The translations under genes were made by a program, and so were the position numbers. The notes beneath the pieces are model-generated. The model was not told the origin of the DNA. It was given only the letters and a program-made list of their open reading frames with translations, and did not search any database. A DNA stretch of 38,169 bases from Candidatus Gastranaerophilaceae bacterium (GTDB lineage: Bacteria; Cyanobacteriota; Vampirovibrionia; Gastranaerophilales; Gastranaerophilaceae), in the NCBI GenBank assembly GCA_031547505.1, contig JAVBRY010000225.1, positions 1 through 38,169 on the forward strand, written 5' to 3'. Shown here piece after piece: positions 8,301 through 15,932 of the stretch. Each line of letters opens with the position of its first letter. Positions within the stretch are counted from its first letter, which is position 1.

Positions 8301-10838
8301 TTAATCCACATCAATCGGCGAACGCTGAATGGCATTTATAGCTTCTCTTGCAGTTGCCACAAGCTCCTCGGGTACGTTCGGGACAATTGTCAGTTGTCTT
8401 AAAACATCGATTGTACGTTTGAAACAACGAACGATATCGCCTTCGCCTGCACCGATTTGCTCAATAAGCTCGTCCCACTCCCCGCCGTTTACCCAGTATT
8501 CAACCAATGGTGAATAGTAAGAATTTATGTACATCTCTGTATCGATATCACAGTCACGCTGAACGATGCTCACACGGCGCTTGATATCTTTTATACGGTT
8601 GAGCGCTTTTCTTGTTCCCTTGCTGATAGGTAAGTCGGGATACACTTCTGCACGCAGGTCTTCCGTGTTGATTGCACAAATCACAGACGCCAATTCATCA
8701 GGACCTAATTCATTTAAAACTCCGCTCAAGATAACCTCAGAGAAATAAAGTTCGTTCTCGGCACGGATTGCAGCTGTCGTCAGACCTTTTTCTGTCGGGT
8801 AACTGTTTTCGATATACCCCAGCATCTCAAGCGCCTTGGTGTGGTTTACGAACATTCTCCAATAAACATCTTTTTCGTATTCGATATTTTTTTCAAGCTT
8901 TTCAGCACGCTTTTGGAACCTGTCTAAAAGCTCTGTATCTTTAATATGTTTTTTATACAGCCTGCAAGTATCACAAGCATAGCTGTGCATTTTGTTCAAA
9001 TAGCTTTTTCTTTTTTCTTCAAAATCAAGAAACTCTTGTTCTCTTTCCTGGGCCTTATGTTTCATCTGCTTTTTGAGAGTTTTTTGAACTTTCTTGTATT
9101 GAATATAAGTATTTTTGGCTTTGTTATAGTCCAGCAAATCCTGTGTAGACAGCCCAAAATCGCATTTGAAATTAATAAAATCTTCAACAGACTTGTCTGC
9201 CTGTTCTTTTTGCAACATCAACGGTTTCAGGCGTTCTGTCGAAGAGAAGTAACCAAAACTCTTTAAAATCAACTCTTTTGATTCATCAATCGAGAATCTT
9301 TGTAATAAATTCAAAACCATTGAATATTTTGGTGAAAAGCGGCTCTCGAGTGGATTTGCATGTGCAGTAACAAGGTCAGCCACCTCTTCAGGCGACTGGA
9401 ATGAAGTTCCAACGACCGTTACATAGCCGACTTCATCCATCCCCCGGCGTCCGGCACGGCCTGACATTTGTAAGAATTCACTCGCGGTAAGGATTCTGTG
9501 CCCCGAATCCGTTCGCTTTGAAATTGAACTGATAACGGTAGAACGGGCAGGCATATTGATACCTGCGGCAAGGGTCTCTGTTGCAAAAACAACTTTTATC
9601 AAACCCTTTTGGAAAAGCTTTTCAACAAGCACCTTCCACCCCGGCAAAAGCCCTGCATGGTGCGACGCTACACCGTTTAAAATATATTCTATGTGCTTAT
9701 TGTTCTCCAAATACGGATTTTCCGCCAGATACTCAAGCGTGATTTTTTTGATTTCTCTTTGTTCATCAGGCGATACAAGACAGAGCTGTGCACATTTTTC
9801 CATCTGGTCGTCGCATTTTTTTCTCGAAAACGTGAAATAAATCGCAGGGAGCATATTTTTCTTGTGCAAAACCGCAACCACATCTCTCGCCGGAGAGCGA
9901 GGCGGCTGCTTCTGTCTGAAGCCTCGCTGTCTTGGTTCCGGTTTGATTTTTCTGTTCAACTGCCCGTCCGGTGTTAAAATAGGCAGGATATCGTTCGGTT
10001 TTGACGAATCATAATAATAAAATCTCAATGGAACAGGTCGAAAATCAGTATACACAAGCTCTGATTTTGAATGAACCGTGTTAATCCAATCTGTGAGCTG
10101 CTGTGAATTTGCAACAGTCGCCGAAAGCGCAATAATCTGAACATTCGTCGGACAGTAAATTATACTCTCTTCCCAAACCGTGCCTCTCTGCTCATCGTTC
10201 ATATAATGAACTTCGTCAAGAACCACATAGCGCACATCTTTGAGGTTATCAGATACCGAACCGAAATTCGTACCATAGAGCATGTTTCGAAAAACTTCGG
10301 TCGTCATTACAATAATCTGTGCATGTCTATTTATCGATGTGTCGCCTGTCAAAAGCCCGACATTCTCTTCGCCGTATTTGCAGGAAAAGTCGCTGAATTT
10401 TTGGTTTGAAAGCGCTTTTAGTGGTGTTGTGTAAAAAATCCGTACACCTTCTTCGAGTGCTTTATGAATTGCCATTTGTGCAATACAAGTTTTCCCTGCA
10501 CCCGTAGGTGCACATACAACAACGCTTTTCCCCTCTTTTATGTAGTGTAAAGCTTCTTCCTGAAAATCGTCTAATTTAAAATCAAATCCGTGCAATGTAT
10601 TAATCTTTTTCCTGTAACAAGAATATTCTAGCGCAAAATCCTGACCGGGTCTATTTGTTGCATATCCTAATTTATTGTTTGTAACATTATGTAAATAATA
10701 TATATAAAATATATCAATAATTTCCGAAAAAGTTTCTTTATATCTATATAAGAATTTTTTAAAAGAGAAAGAGAGATACCATGGCCGTAGATAATAACCA
10801 AAATGTATTATTGCAAAAATTGACACAACTTTACTCAT
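8301..10838 (-). CDS. Ski2/HelY-like DEAD/DEAH-box helicase with DSHCT-like C-terminal domain
   Basis: Motif I APTGAGKT, motif II DEVH, SAT, motif VI QMSGRAGRRG, and a C-terminal DSHCT-like segment (LVEYWVNGGEWDELIEQIGAGEGDIVRCFKRTIDVLRQL). The true start is probably downstream of 10838, for example TTG at about 10596. Confidence 0.9.
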   Translation of the reverse strand: MSKVVSIFAIIHFGYYLRPWYLSFSFKKFLYRYKETFSEIIDIFYIYYLHNVTNNKLGYATNRPGQDFALEYSCYRKKINTLHGFDFKLDDFQEEALHYIKEGKSVVVCAPTGAGKTCIAQMAIHKALEEGVRIFYTTPLKALSNQKFSDFSCKYGEENVGLLTGDTSINRHAQIIVMTTEVFRNMLYGTNFGSVSDNLKDVRYVVLDEVHYMNDEQRGTVWEESIIYCPTNVQIIALSATVANSQQLTDWINTVHSKSELVYTDFRPVPLRFYYYDSSKPNDILPILTPDGQLNRKIKPEPRQRGFRQKQPPRSPARDVVAVLHKKNMLPAIYFTFSRKKCDDQMEKCAQLCLVSPDEQREIKKITLEYLAENPYLENNKHIEYILNGVASHHAGLLPGWKVLVEKLFQKGLIKVVFATETLAAGINMPARSTVISSISKRTDSGHRILTASEFLQMSGRAGRRGMDEVGYVTVVGTSFQSPEEVADLVTAHANPLESRFSPKYSMVLNLLQRFSIDESKELILKSFGYFSSTERLKPLMLQKEQADKSVEDFINFKCDFGLSTQDLLDYNKAKNTYIQYKKVQKTLKKQMKHKAQEREQEFLDFEEKRKSYLNKMHSYACDTCRLYKKHIKDTELLDRFQKRAEKLEKNIEYEKDVYWRMFVNHTKALEMLGYIENSYPTEKGLTTAAIRAENELYFSEVILSGVLNELGPDELASVICAINTEDLRAEVYPDLPISKGTRKALNRIKDIKRRVSIVQRDCDIDTEMYINSYYSPLVEYWVNGGEWDELIEQIGAGEGDIVRCFKRTIDVLRQLTIVPNVPEELVATAREAINAIQRSPIDVD

Positions 10839-11740
10839 CTAAAAAAGCCGATACACCTGAAACAATTGGTAATGCAACAAGTGCTACGAAAATTGAGCTT
10901 AATGGTGCATCAGAAGACGGAACAGTTGGTGAAGTCGGTGACGGCTTTGAATCAGGACAAGCAAATGCTGATGTTCAAGCGGCATTACAAGCTGCGGTAT
11001 CAGGTAAACAACCGGCTATAAAAGATGCTTTAGATGACATGAATGCTTTTAACCTTAATGATTCGACCGAGGTTAAAACAGCTGAAGAAGCTCTAACAGG
11101 TTTAAAAGCAGATGTTGAGACAGCCAACGTAAATGTAGCAAATGCTGAAAAAGATTATTCTAATAAAGAAAAAGATATAACAAACTTAGAAACTCAAAAA
11201 ACAGATTTAGGAAATGAAATTCAAGAGATTAAAACAGGACAGCTTCCTGCGGCGAATAATGAACTAAGTAACGCAAAATCAGAATTAAGCTTATTGCAAG
11301 CTGATCCTGACGCTAATCCTGCGGCTGTTAACCAGGCACAAAATAATGTACAAAAAGCTCAAAAGACAGTAGACGATATAAATGAACAAATCAAGAAAAA
11401 GACTGAACAAGTTGAAGAATTGACTCAGGCTATTGCTCAAGAAAAAGAAACACTTACAAAGCTGGCAGAAAAACGCGAAGACGCTCAAGCTCACTTGAAA
11501 GATACAGAAAAAGCATATCAAGATGGCTTGAACAATGTTGATGCTGCGAAGCAAGATATAGCTGAACAGGTAGCTGATGCAACAGAGCAGTTATTAGCAG
11601 CACAAGAAGAATCGAATGGTAATAACAATACTAACAATATTGTTAACCCATTTAAGGCAGCTAAGGCAAAAGAAATAGCAAATACCAATTTCTTTGCAAC
11701 TCAACCCATACAATCTAATGGTCCTAGCTGGGCAGACTAA
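10781..11740 (+). CDS. coiled-coil hypothetical protein (319 aa)
   Basis: ATG with GAGAG RBS. Long heptad-rich, Ala/Gln/Glu/Lys/Asn-rich sequence with no signal peptide. Followed by a good intrinsic terminator. Confidence 0.6.
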   Translation: MAVDNNQNVLLQKLTQLYSSKKADTPETIGNATSATKIELNGASEDGTVGEVGDGFESGQANADVQAALQAAVSGKQPAIKDALDDMNAFNLNDSTEVKTAEEALTGLKADVETANVNVANAEKDYSNKEKDITNLETQKTDLGNEIQEIKTGQLPAANNELSNAKSELSLLQADPDANPAAVNQAQNNVQKAQKTVDDINEQIKKKTEQVEELTQAIAQEKETLTKLAEKREDAQAHLKDTEKAYQDGLNNVDAAKQDIAEQVADATEQLLAAQEESNGNNNTNNIVNPFKAAKAKEIANTNFFATQPIQSNGPSWAD

Positions 11741-11766
11741 TAATTAAATAATTAATAATTTTGCTA

Positions 11767-11804
11767 TAACTCCGTCTATACTTTTAGGCGGAGTTACTTT
11801 ATTT
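11767..11804 (+). terminator. intrinsic terminator after 10781..11740
   Basis: 11-bp stem TAACTCCGTCT / AGGCGGAGTTA (one G-U pair), 8-nt loop, then CTTTATTT. Confidence 0.6.
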
Positions 11805-11830
11805 AATAATAACTATTAACATATTAATTT

Positions 11831-11976
11831 GCCGCCCCGGGCTTGGATTATAGAAAAATGCTTAAAGTTGAGTTTTACGGGGTCACATAAACCCAAGCTT
11901 GTTCTGTGAGATTGCGTAAGACATTCAAAGAGATAGACCGGCTACGCCGGAGACCCCGGGTCAAGCCCGGGGCGAC
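11831..11976. repeat. GC-rich-terminus hairpin element (C-type)
   Basis: Termini gccgccccgggcttgg ... tcaagcccggggcgac. The right end read in reverse is gtcg-CCCCGGG-cttga-CCCGGGG-tctcc. Confidence 0.8.
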
Positions 11977-12073
11977 AAACAACTATACAGCACGCAGAAA
12001 CTCCGTTTCTGGCTTAGCTTGCCTCTATTTAAAATGATACTTAATCATTTTAAACAGAGTTCTTAACTTTGTT

Positions 12074-13000
12074 TCAGCCAATTTTTAGTCGATTACTCAC
12101 CACAATCGCAACCCAGTTTTCCTGCTCAAGAATCTCAATTACATTAAGCTCATGTTTTTTTACTGCCTCTAGCACCACATCTTGCTTTTCATCAAGAATT
12201 CCGCTCAGCACCATGCGAGCACCGGGTTTCATCAGGTTTTTCAAATCACCCATAATCTGTGCAAGGATATTATGCAAAATATTCGCCGCAATAAAATCAA
12301 ACTTTTCAGAAACATTCTCTACGGTACCATGTGAAAAATGAATCTTGCTCAACACGTGATTTACTTGAGCATTTTCTGCCGCAACATCAATAACAAGCGG
12401 GTCATTGTCCACTCCGACAACTTTTGATGCACCGAATTTCGTAGCCGCAATAGCCAGAATCCCTGACCCCGTACCGATATCAGCTACAACATCACCTGAG
12501 TTTAAATACTTTTCCATCGCCTGAATACACAACTGTGTCGTGGCATGTGTGCCTGTTCCGAAAGCTGAGCCCGGGTCGATGTTGATTAAAATCTCGTCTT
12601 TTTTAACATTATAGGTTTCCCACGTAGGTGAAATCACAACCTTGTCTGTGGCGTGCATCGGCTTCCACTGCTCTTTCCATTTCTGTGACCAATCCTGATT
12701 AATCACTTTATGAGCGGAAATTGACCAGTCACCGAGTTCCTCTTCCGTGAAACCCACTTCAAGAAAAGCATTTCTGGCATTATAAAAAACTTTTTGGATA
12801 TCAAGCGGAGCGAATTTTTCCTCCTCGAATTTAATATAGCCTTTGGCGATATTGCTCGTTGTTTCAATCAACTCAAGGTCTTTATATTTTTCTTCAGCCT
12901 GAACAACGCCTTCGCATTCGAACTTGTCAAAAAACACATCCGTAACCAGCTCAATTGCCGATGGATTGATATTTACGGAAATCTCGTAATATTCTTTCAT
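12074..13000 (-). CDS. prmA: ribosomal protein L11 methyltransferase
   Basis: 308 aa. PrmA layout with SAM-binding motif DIGTGSGILAIAA and a GTGTHATT segment. Confidence 0.9.
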   Translation of the reverse strand: MKEYYEISVNINPSAIELVTDVFFDKFECEGVVQAEEKYKDLELIETTSNIAKGYIKFEEEKFAPLDIQKVFYNARNAFLEVGFTEEELGDWSISAHKVINQDWSQKWKEQWKPMHATDKVVISPTWETYNVKKDEILINIDPGSAFGTGTHATTQLCIQAMEKYLNSGDVVADIGTGSGILAIAATKFGASKVVGVDNDPLVIDVAAENAQVNHVLSKIHFSHGTVENVSEKFDFIAANILHNILAQIMGDLKNLMKPGARMVLSGILDEKQDVVLEAVKKHELNVIEILEQENWVAIVVSNRLKIG

Positions 13001-13047
13001 ACTTCTCCTGTGTTGGTTTGTGGTGCGTTACACACACCCTACGTGAC

Positions 13048-13110
13048 TGTCATACCGCAGAGTCAGGCTTTTCAAGTTATAATAATTTTTGCTGTGCGGT
13101 ATCTGACCAT
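13048..13110. repeat. GTC-hairpin repeat, single unit (A-type)
   Basis: tgtc-ATACCGCA-gagtcaggctt...(35 nt)-TGCGGTAT-ctgacca. Confidence 0.8.
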
Positions 13111-13136
13111 TGTTGGGTTACAAATTTTTTGTTCAA

Positions 13137-13343
13137 TTATTTTTTCTTAAAATCTATTTCATAGCCTAATTCATACAAAATGATATCTAATTCAACAAGA
13201 TTTACCGTTCCTTTTTTCAATTTGGAGGATAAATTCTGCACAGAATAAGGCTTTCCTTTTTTCTTGGAAATACATTTTGCCAAATGTGTCAAAGTTACTG
13301 CACTGCCGACAGCTAATTTTCTTAATTCATTTCCTATATCCAT
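13137..13343 (-). CDS. XRE-family helix-turn-helix protein (68 aa)
   Basis: IGNELRKLAVGSAVTLTHLAKCIS ... SVQNLSSKLKKGTVNLVELDIILYELGYEIDF matches the short XRE pattern in which the HTH is followed by a ...KL.RGT...EL..I...LG motif. Confidence 0.65.
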   Translation of the reverse strand: MDIGNELRKLAVGSAVTLTHLAKCISKKKGKPYSVQNLSSKLKKGTVNLVELDIILYELGYEIDFKKK

Positions 13344-13380
13344 AATTTAAAAATACATTATTAATTGAATTTTTAATATA

Positions 13381-13424
13381 TAGTTTAAAAAATTCTTGAC
13401 TATTTTAAACTATTAATTTAAAAT
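13381..13424 (+). promoter_or_regulatory. candidate promoter with overlapping palindromic operator
   Basis: TTGACT (13396-13401), 17 nt, TAAAAT (13419-13424). A perfect 10-bp inverted repeat TAGTTTAAAA (13381-13390) / TTTTAAACTA (13403-13412) straddles the -35. Confidence 0.4.
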
Positions 13425-13456
13425 TAAAATATAAATTGAAAACGGTAACAAATTAT

Positions 13457-13681
13457 ATGACACAAAAACGAATAAAAATATCCAGAATAGAAAACCAAAT
13501 GAATGACATAGGGGTCAGAATTGATATTGTGCAAAGTCTTGTTGATATTCTTATAGAATCAATGTTTTTTAGTGACAACTTAAAACACAAAGATACTCAA
13601 AATCGTACTATTGTTTTGCAGGAAAAAATTTTAAATATGAAAAAAGAATTTTCATGTATTGTGAAAATTTTAAGAATATAA
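13457..13681 (+). CDS. small all-helical hypothetical protein (74 aa from ATG 13457; ORF track starts at TTG 13436)
   Basis: Divergent from the XRE gene at 13137..13343 and downstream of a TTGACT-17-TAAAAT promoter. C-terminal VLQEKILNMKKEF resembles the ORF at 7301. Confidence 0.4.
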   Translation: MTQKRIKISRIENQMNDIGVRIDIVQSLVDILIESMFFSDNLKHKDTQNRTIVLQEKILNMKKEFSCIVKILRI

Positions 13682-13696
13682 CTTACAGTCACAAAT

Positions 13697-13728
13697 TGTC
13701 AGATTCCGCATCAAGTGCGGAATGACAG
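13697..13728. repeat. minimal GTC-hairpin unit (short loop)
   Basis: tgtcag-ATTCCGCA-tcaag-TGCGGAAT-gacag. Lies between convergent gene ends, so it may act as a bidirectional terminator. Confidence 0.8.
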
Positions 13729-13746
13729 CAAATTTATTAAATTTAC

Positions 13747-14697
13747 CTACGAATTAAACACGCCCATTCTTCTGTATTTATTATAGCGATCGTTGCGTAA
13801 GTCTTCCGGGGACATACCTTTAAGACTGTCGAGTGCTTTTAGAATTTCAGATTTGAGCTCATTACCCATAAATTCATAGTCATAATGCGCACCGCCCATA
13901 GGCTCTTTTACGATTCCATCAATAATTTCAAGCTCTTGCAAGTCTTTACTCGTGATTTTAAGCGCATCTGCTGCAACCGAAGCCATAGAAGCATCTCTAA
14001 ACAGAATCGAAGCACATCCTTCCGGTGAAATTACCGTGTAATATGCATGTTCAAGAATAAGAACTTTGTTCGCTACAGCCAAACCAAGCGCACCGCCTGA
14101 ACATCCTTCACCTGTGATTATGGCGACTATCGGAACATTCAGTTTTGCCATTTCTTTTAGGTTGACCGCAATAGCAATCCCCTGACCTGTTTCTTCGGCT
14201 TTGATACCGGGATAAGCGCCCATTGTATCAATCAAGGTCACGACTGGCAGGTTGAATCTGTTTGCGTGTTCAAAAAGTCTTAAAGCTTTTCTGTAACCCT
14301 GAGGCTGCGGCATACCGAAGTTGTATTCAAGGTTTTCTTTTGTAGACTTACCTTTCATCGTGCCGATAATCATAACAGGCTGATCTCCGATTCTTGCGAT
14401 ACCGCCGATGATTGCTCTGTCGTCGCTTCCTTCACGGTCACCGTGCATTTCAATAAAGTCAGTAGTCATCATCTGAATATAGTCCAAAAAGTTTGGACGG
14501 TTCGGATGTCTTGCGATTTGAAGTTTTTGTATGGGCTGAAGATTTTCGTACAGCTCTTTCTTGTACTCTTGAGCCTGATTCTCAAAAGTTTCAATTTCGC
14601 CGGATAAATCTATGCCTGATTCTGTGCTCATTTTCCTCAATTCTTGTATTTTTTCTTCTATTTTTATAATCGGTTTTTCAAAATCCAATTTCATCAT
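13747..14697 (-). CDS. accA: acetyl-CoA carboxylase carboxyltransferase alpha subunit
   Basis: 316 aa. Canonical AccA sequence (ARHPNRP, DTMGAYPG, EGCSGGALG). Confidence 0.95.
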   Translation of the reverse strand: MMKLDFEKPIIKIEEKIQELRKMSTESGIDLSGEIETFENQAQEYKKELYENLQPIQKLQIARHPNRPNFLDYIQMMTTDFIEMHGDREGSDDRAIIGGIARIGDQPVMIIGTMKGKSTKENLEYNFGMPQPQGYRKALRLFEHANRFNLPVVTLIDTMGAYPGIKAEETGQGIAIAVNLKEMAKLNVPIVAIITGEGCSGGALGLAVANKVLILEHAYYTVISPEGCASILFRDASMASVAADALKITSKDLQELEIIDGIVKEPMGGAHYDYEFMGNELKSEILKALDSLKGMSPEDLRNDRYNKYRRMGVFNS

Positions 14698-14747
14698 TTT
14701 TTTGTATCCTATCGCTCCGCCCTACTTATGTCTGCCTTATTTCTTGT

Positions 14748-15611
14748 TTATTTCTTGTGCATTTTGAGTATCTTTGACAGCATTTCCCTTAGTTCATCTC
14801 TTTTTGCTATAACATCAACCTGTCCGTTTTTCATCAGATACTCGGCTGTCTGAAAATCAGCCGGAAGTTTTTGCCTGATTGTCTGTTCAATTACACGACG
14901 ACCCGCAAACCCTATCCTTGCACCTTGCTCAGCAATTATTACATCACCTATCGTACCGAAACTTGCAGTAACCCCGCCGTATGTCGGATCAGTCAAAACT
15001 GTGATGTAAAGAATTCCTGCTTCATTCAAACGAGCAACAGCACAGCTTGTTTTTGCCATCTGCATAAGGCTCAAAACACTCTCCTGCATTCTCGCTCCGC
15101 CTGAAGCAGTAACAGCTAGCATTGGCACTCTGCGCTTTAATGACTCTTCCATCATCAAAGTGATTTTTTCACCCACAACGCTTCCCATAGAACCGCCCAG
15201 GTATTCAAAATCCATTACTGCCGCACAAATCTCTTCGCCATCAAGTTTTCCGACACCTGTAATAACAGCATCTTCAAGACCCGTTGTTTCTTTTGCGCGT
15301 TTTAATCTGTCTTTATAAGGTTCTGTATCAAAGAACTCCAAAGGATCAGCTGAAGTGATGTTCTGGTACATTTCTTCAAAAGTACCTTCATCAAACAGCT
15401 GTTCAATTCTTGTTCTTGCGTTTACCCTGAAATGATAGTTGCAATGCGGGCATACCATCATATGAGCTTCTAATTCTTTTTTGGGTAATTGGGCGCTGCA
15501 ATTGAAGCATTTTACCCACAATTTACCGATATTATCATCTATTTTAACCTCTGCAGGTCTTGCAGCGTGCTGCTGCTCTTTCCTTGTCTCGAACCAATCT
15601 TGTAGTGTCAT
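14748..15611 (-). CDS. accD: acetyl-CoA carboxylase carboxyltransferase beta subunit
   Basis: N-terminal zinc ribbon CxxC...CxxC (CFNCSAQ...CPHCNYH) plus the carboxyltransferase domain. ATG at 15611 (MTLQDWF) is preferred over the track start at 15644. Confidence 0.92.
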   Translation of the reverse strand: MTLQDWFETRKEQQHAARPAEVKIDDNIGKLWVKCFNCSAQLPKKELEAHMMVCPHCNYHFRVNARTRIEQLFDEGTFEEMYQNITSADPLEFFDTEPYKDRLKRAKETTGLEDAVITGVGKLDGEEICAAVMDFEYLGGSMGSVVGEKITLMMEESLKRRVPMLAVTASGGARMQESVLSLMQMAKTSCAVARLNEAGILYITVLTDPTYGGVTASFGTIGDVIIAEQGARIGFAGRRVIEQTIRQKLPADFQTAEYLMKNGQVDVIAKRDELREMLSKILKMHKK

Positions 15612-15738
15612 TGAGTATCCCCTTACGACAATATATATAAACATTACGGCACAATAACCATAATTTCGTCTGTTTCATTATACTACAAATCAAAATATTT
15701 CAATTTACTAATCAGATAATGTTTACATACTATTAATA

Positions 15739-15920
15739 CGTCATTGCGCTTGTTCGCGTTAACGGGTATGAGATGTTGCAATCGCTATCCAACTTTTACC
15801 TGAAGCAATCTCTTTGTGTTGAGATTACTCGCTCACTTCGTGCTTGCTCGTGTAACGCCAAGCGCGAACAAGCGAAAAACAATCATCGCTTGACCCTATG
15901 CTTTTTGTCTCGTAATGACA
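15739..15920. repeat. GTC-hairpin composite element (F-type)
   Basis: cgtcattGCGCTTGTTCGCG ... CGCGAACAAGCG ... tgtctcgtaatgaca. The internal segment gaagcaatctctttgtgttgagattact is shared, inverted, with 31488-31610. Confidence 0.75.
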
Positions 15921-15932
15921 ACTAAAATATTC

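Noticed and set aside
12029-12056. Perfect AT-only inverted repeat TTTAAAATGAT-taagt-ATCATTTTAAA downstream of prmA.
   Set aside because: Read on the minus strand it has no U-tract, and its all-AT stem would be weak. Such palindromes arise easily in AT-rich DNA, so it is not called as a terminator or operator.
12794-13150. 118-aa plus-strand ORF. Also 33423..33620, 14644..14853 and 32330..32970 ORFs.
   Set aside because: They run antisense through prmA, YkgJ, accA/accD or the repeat-protein gene and/or through repeat elements. There is no independent support.
14748-15644. Track start codons for accD (15644) and glnA (TTG 19703).
   Set aside because: The extra N-terminal residues (MFIYIVVRGYS, MLIVNEIRKCEN) are not part of the conserved families. 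Internal ATGs at 15611 and 19739 fit the orthologue N-termini better.
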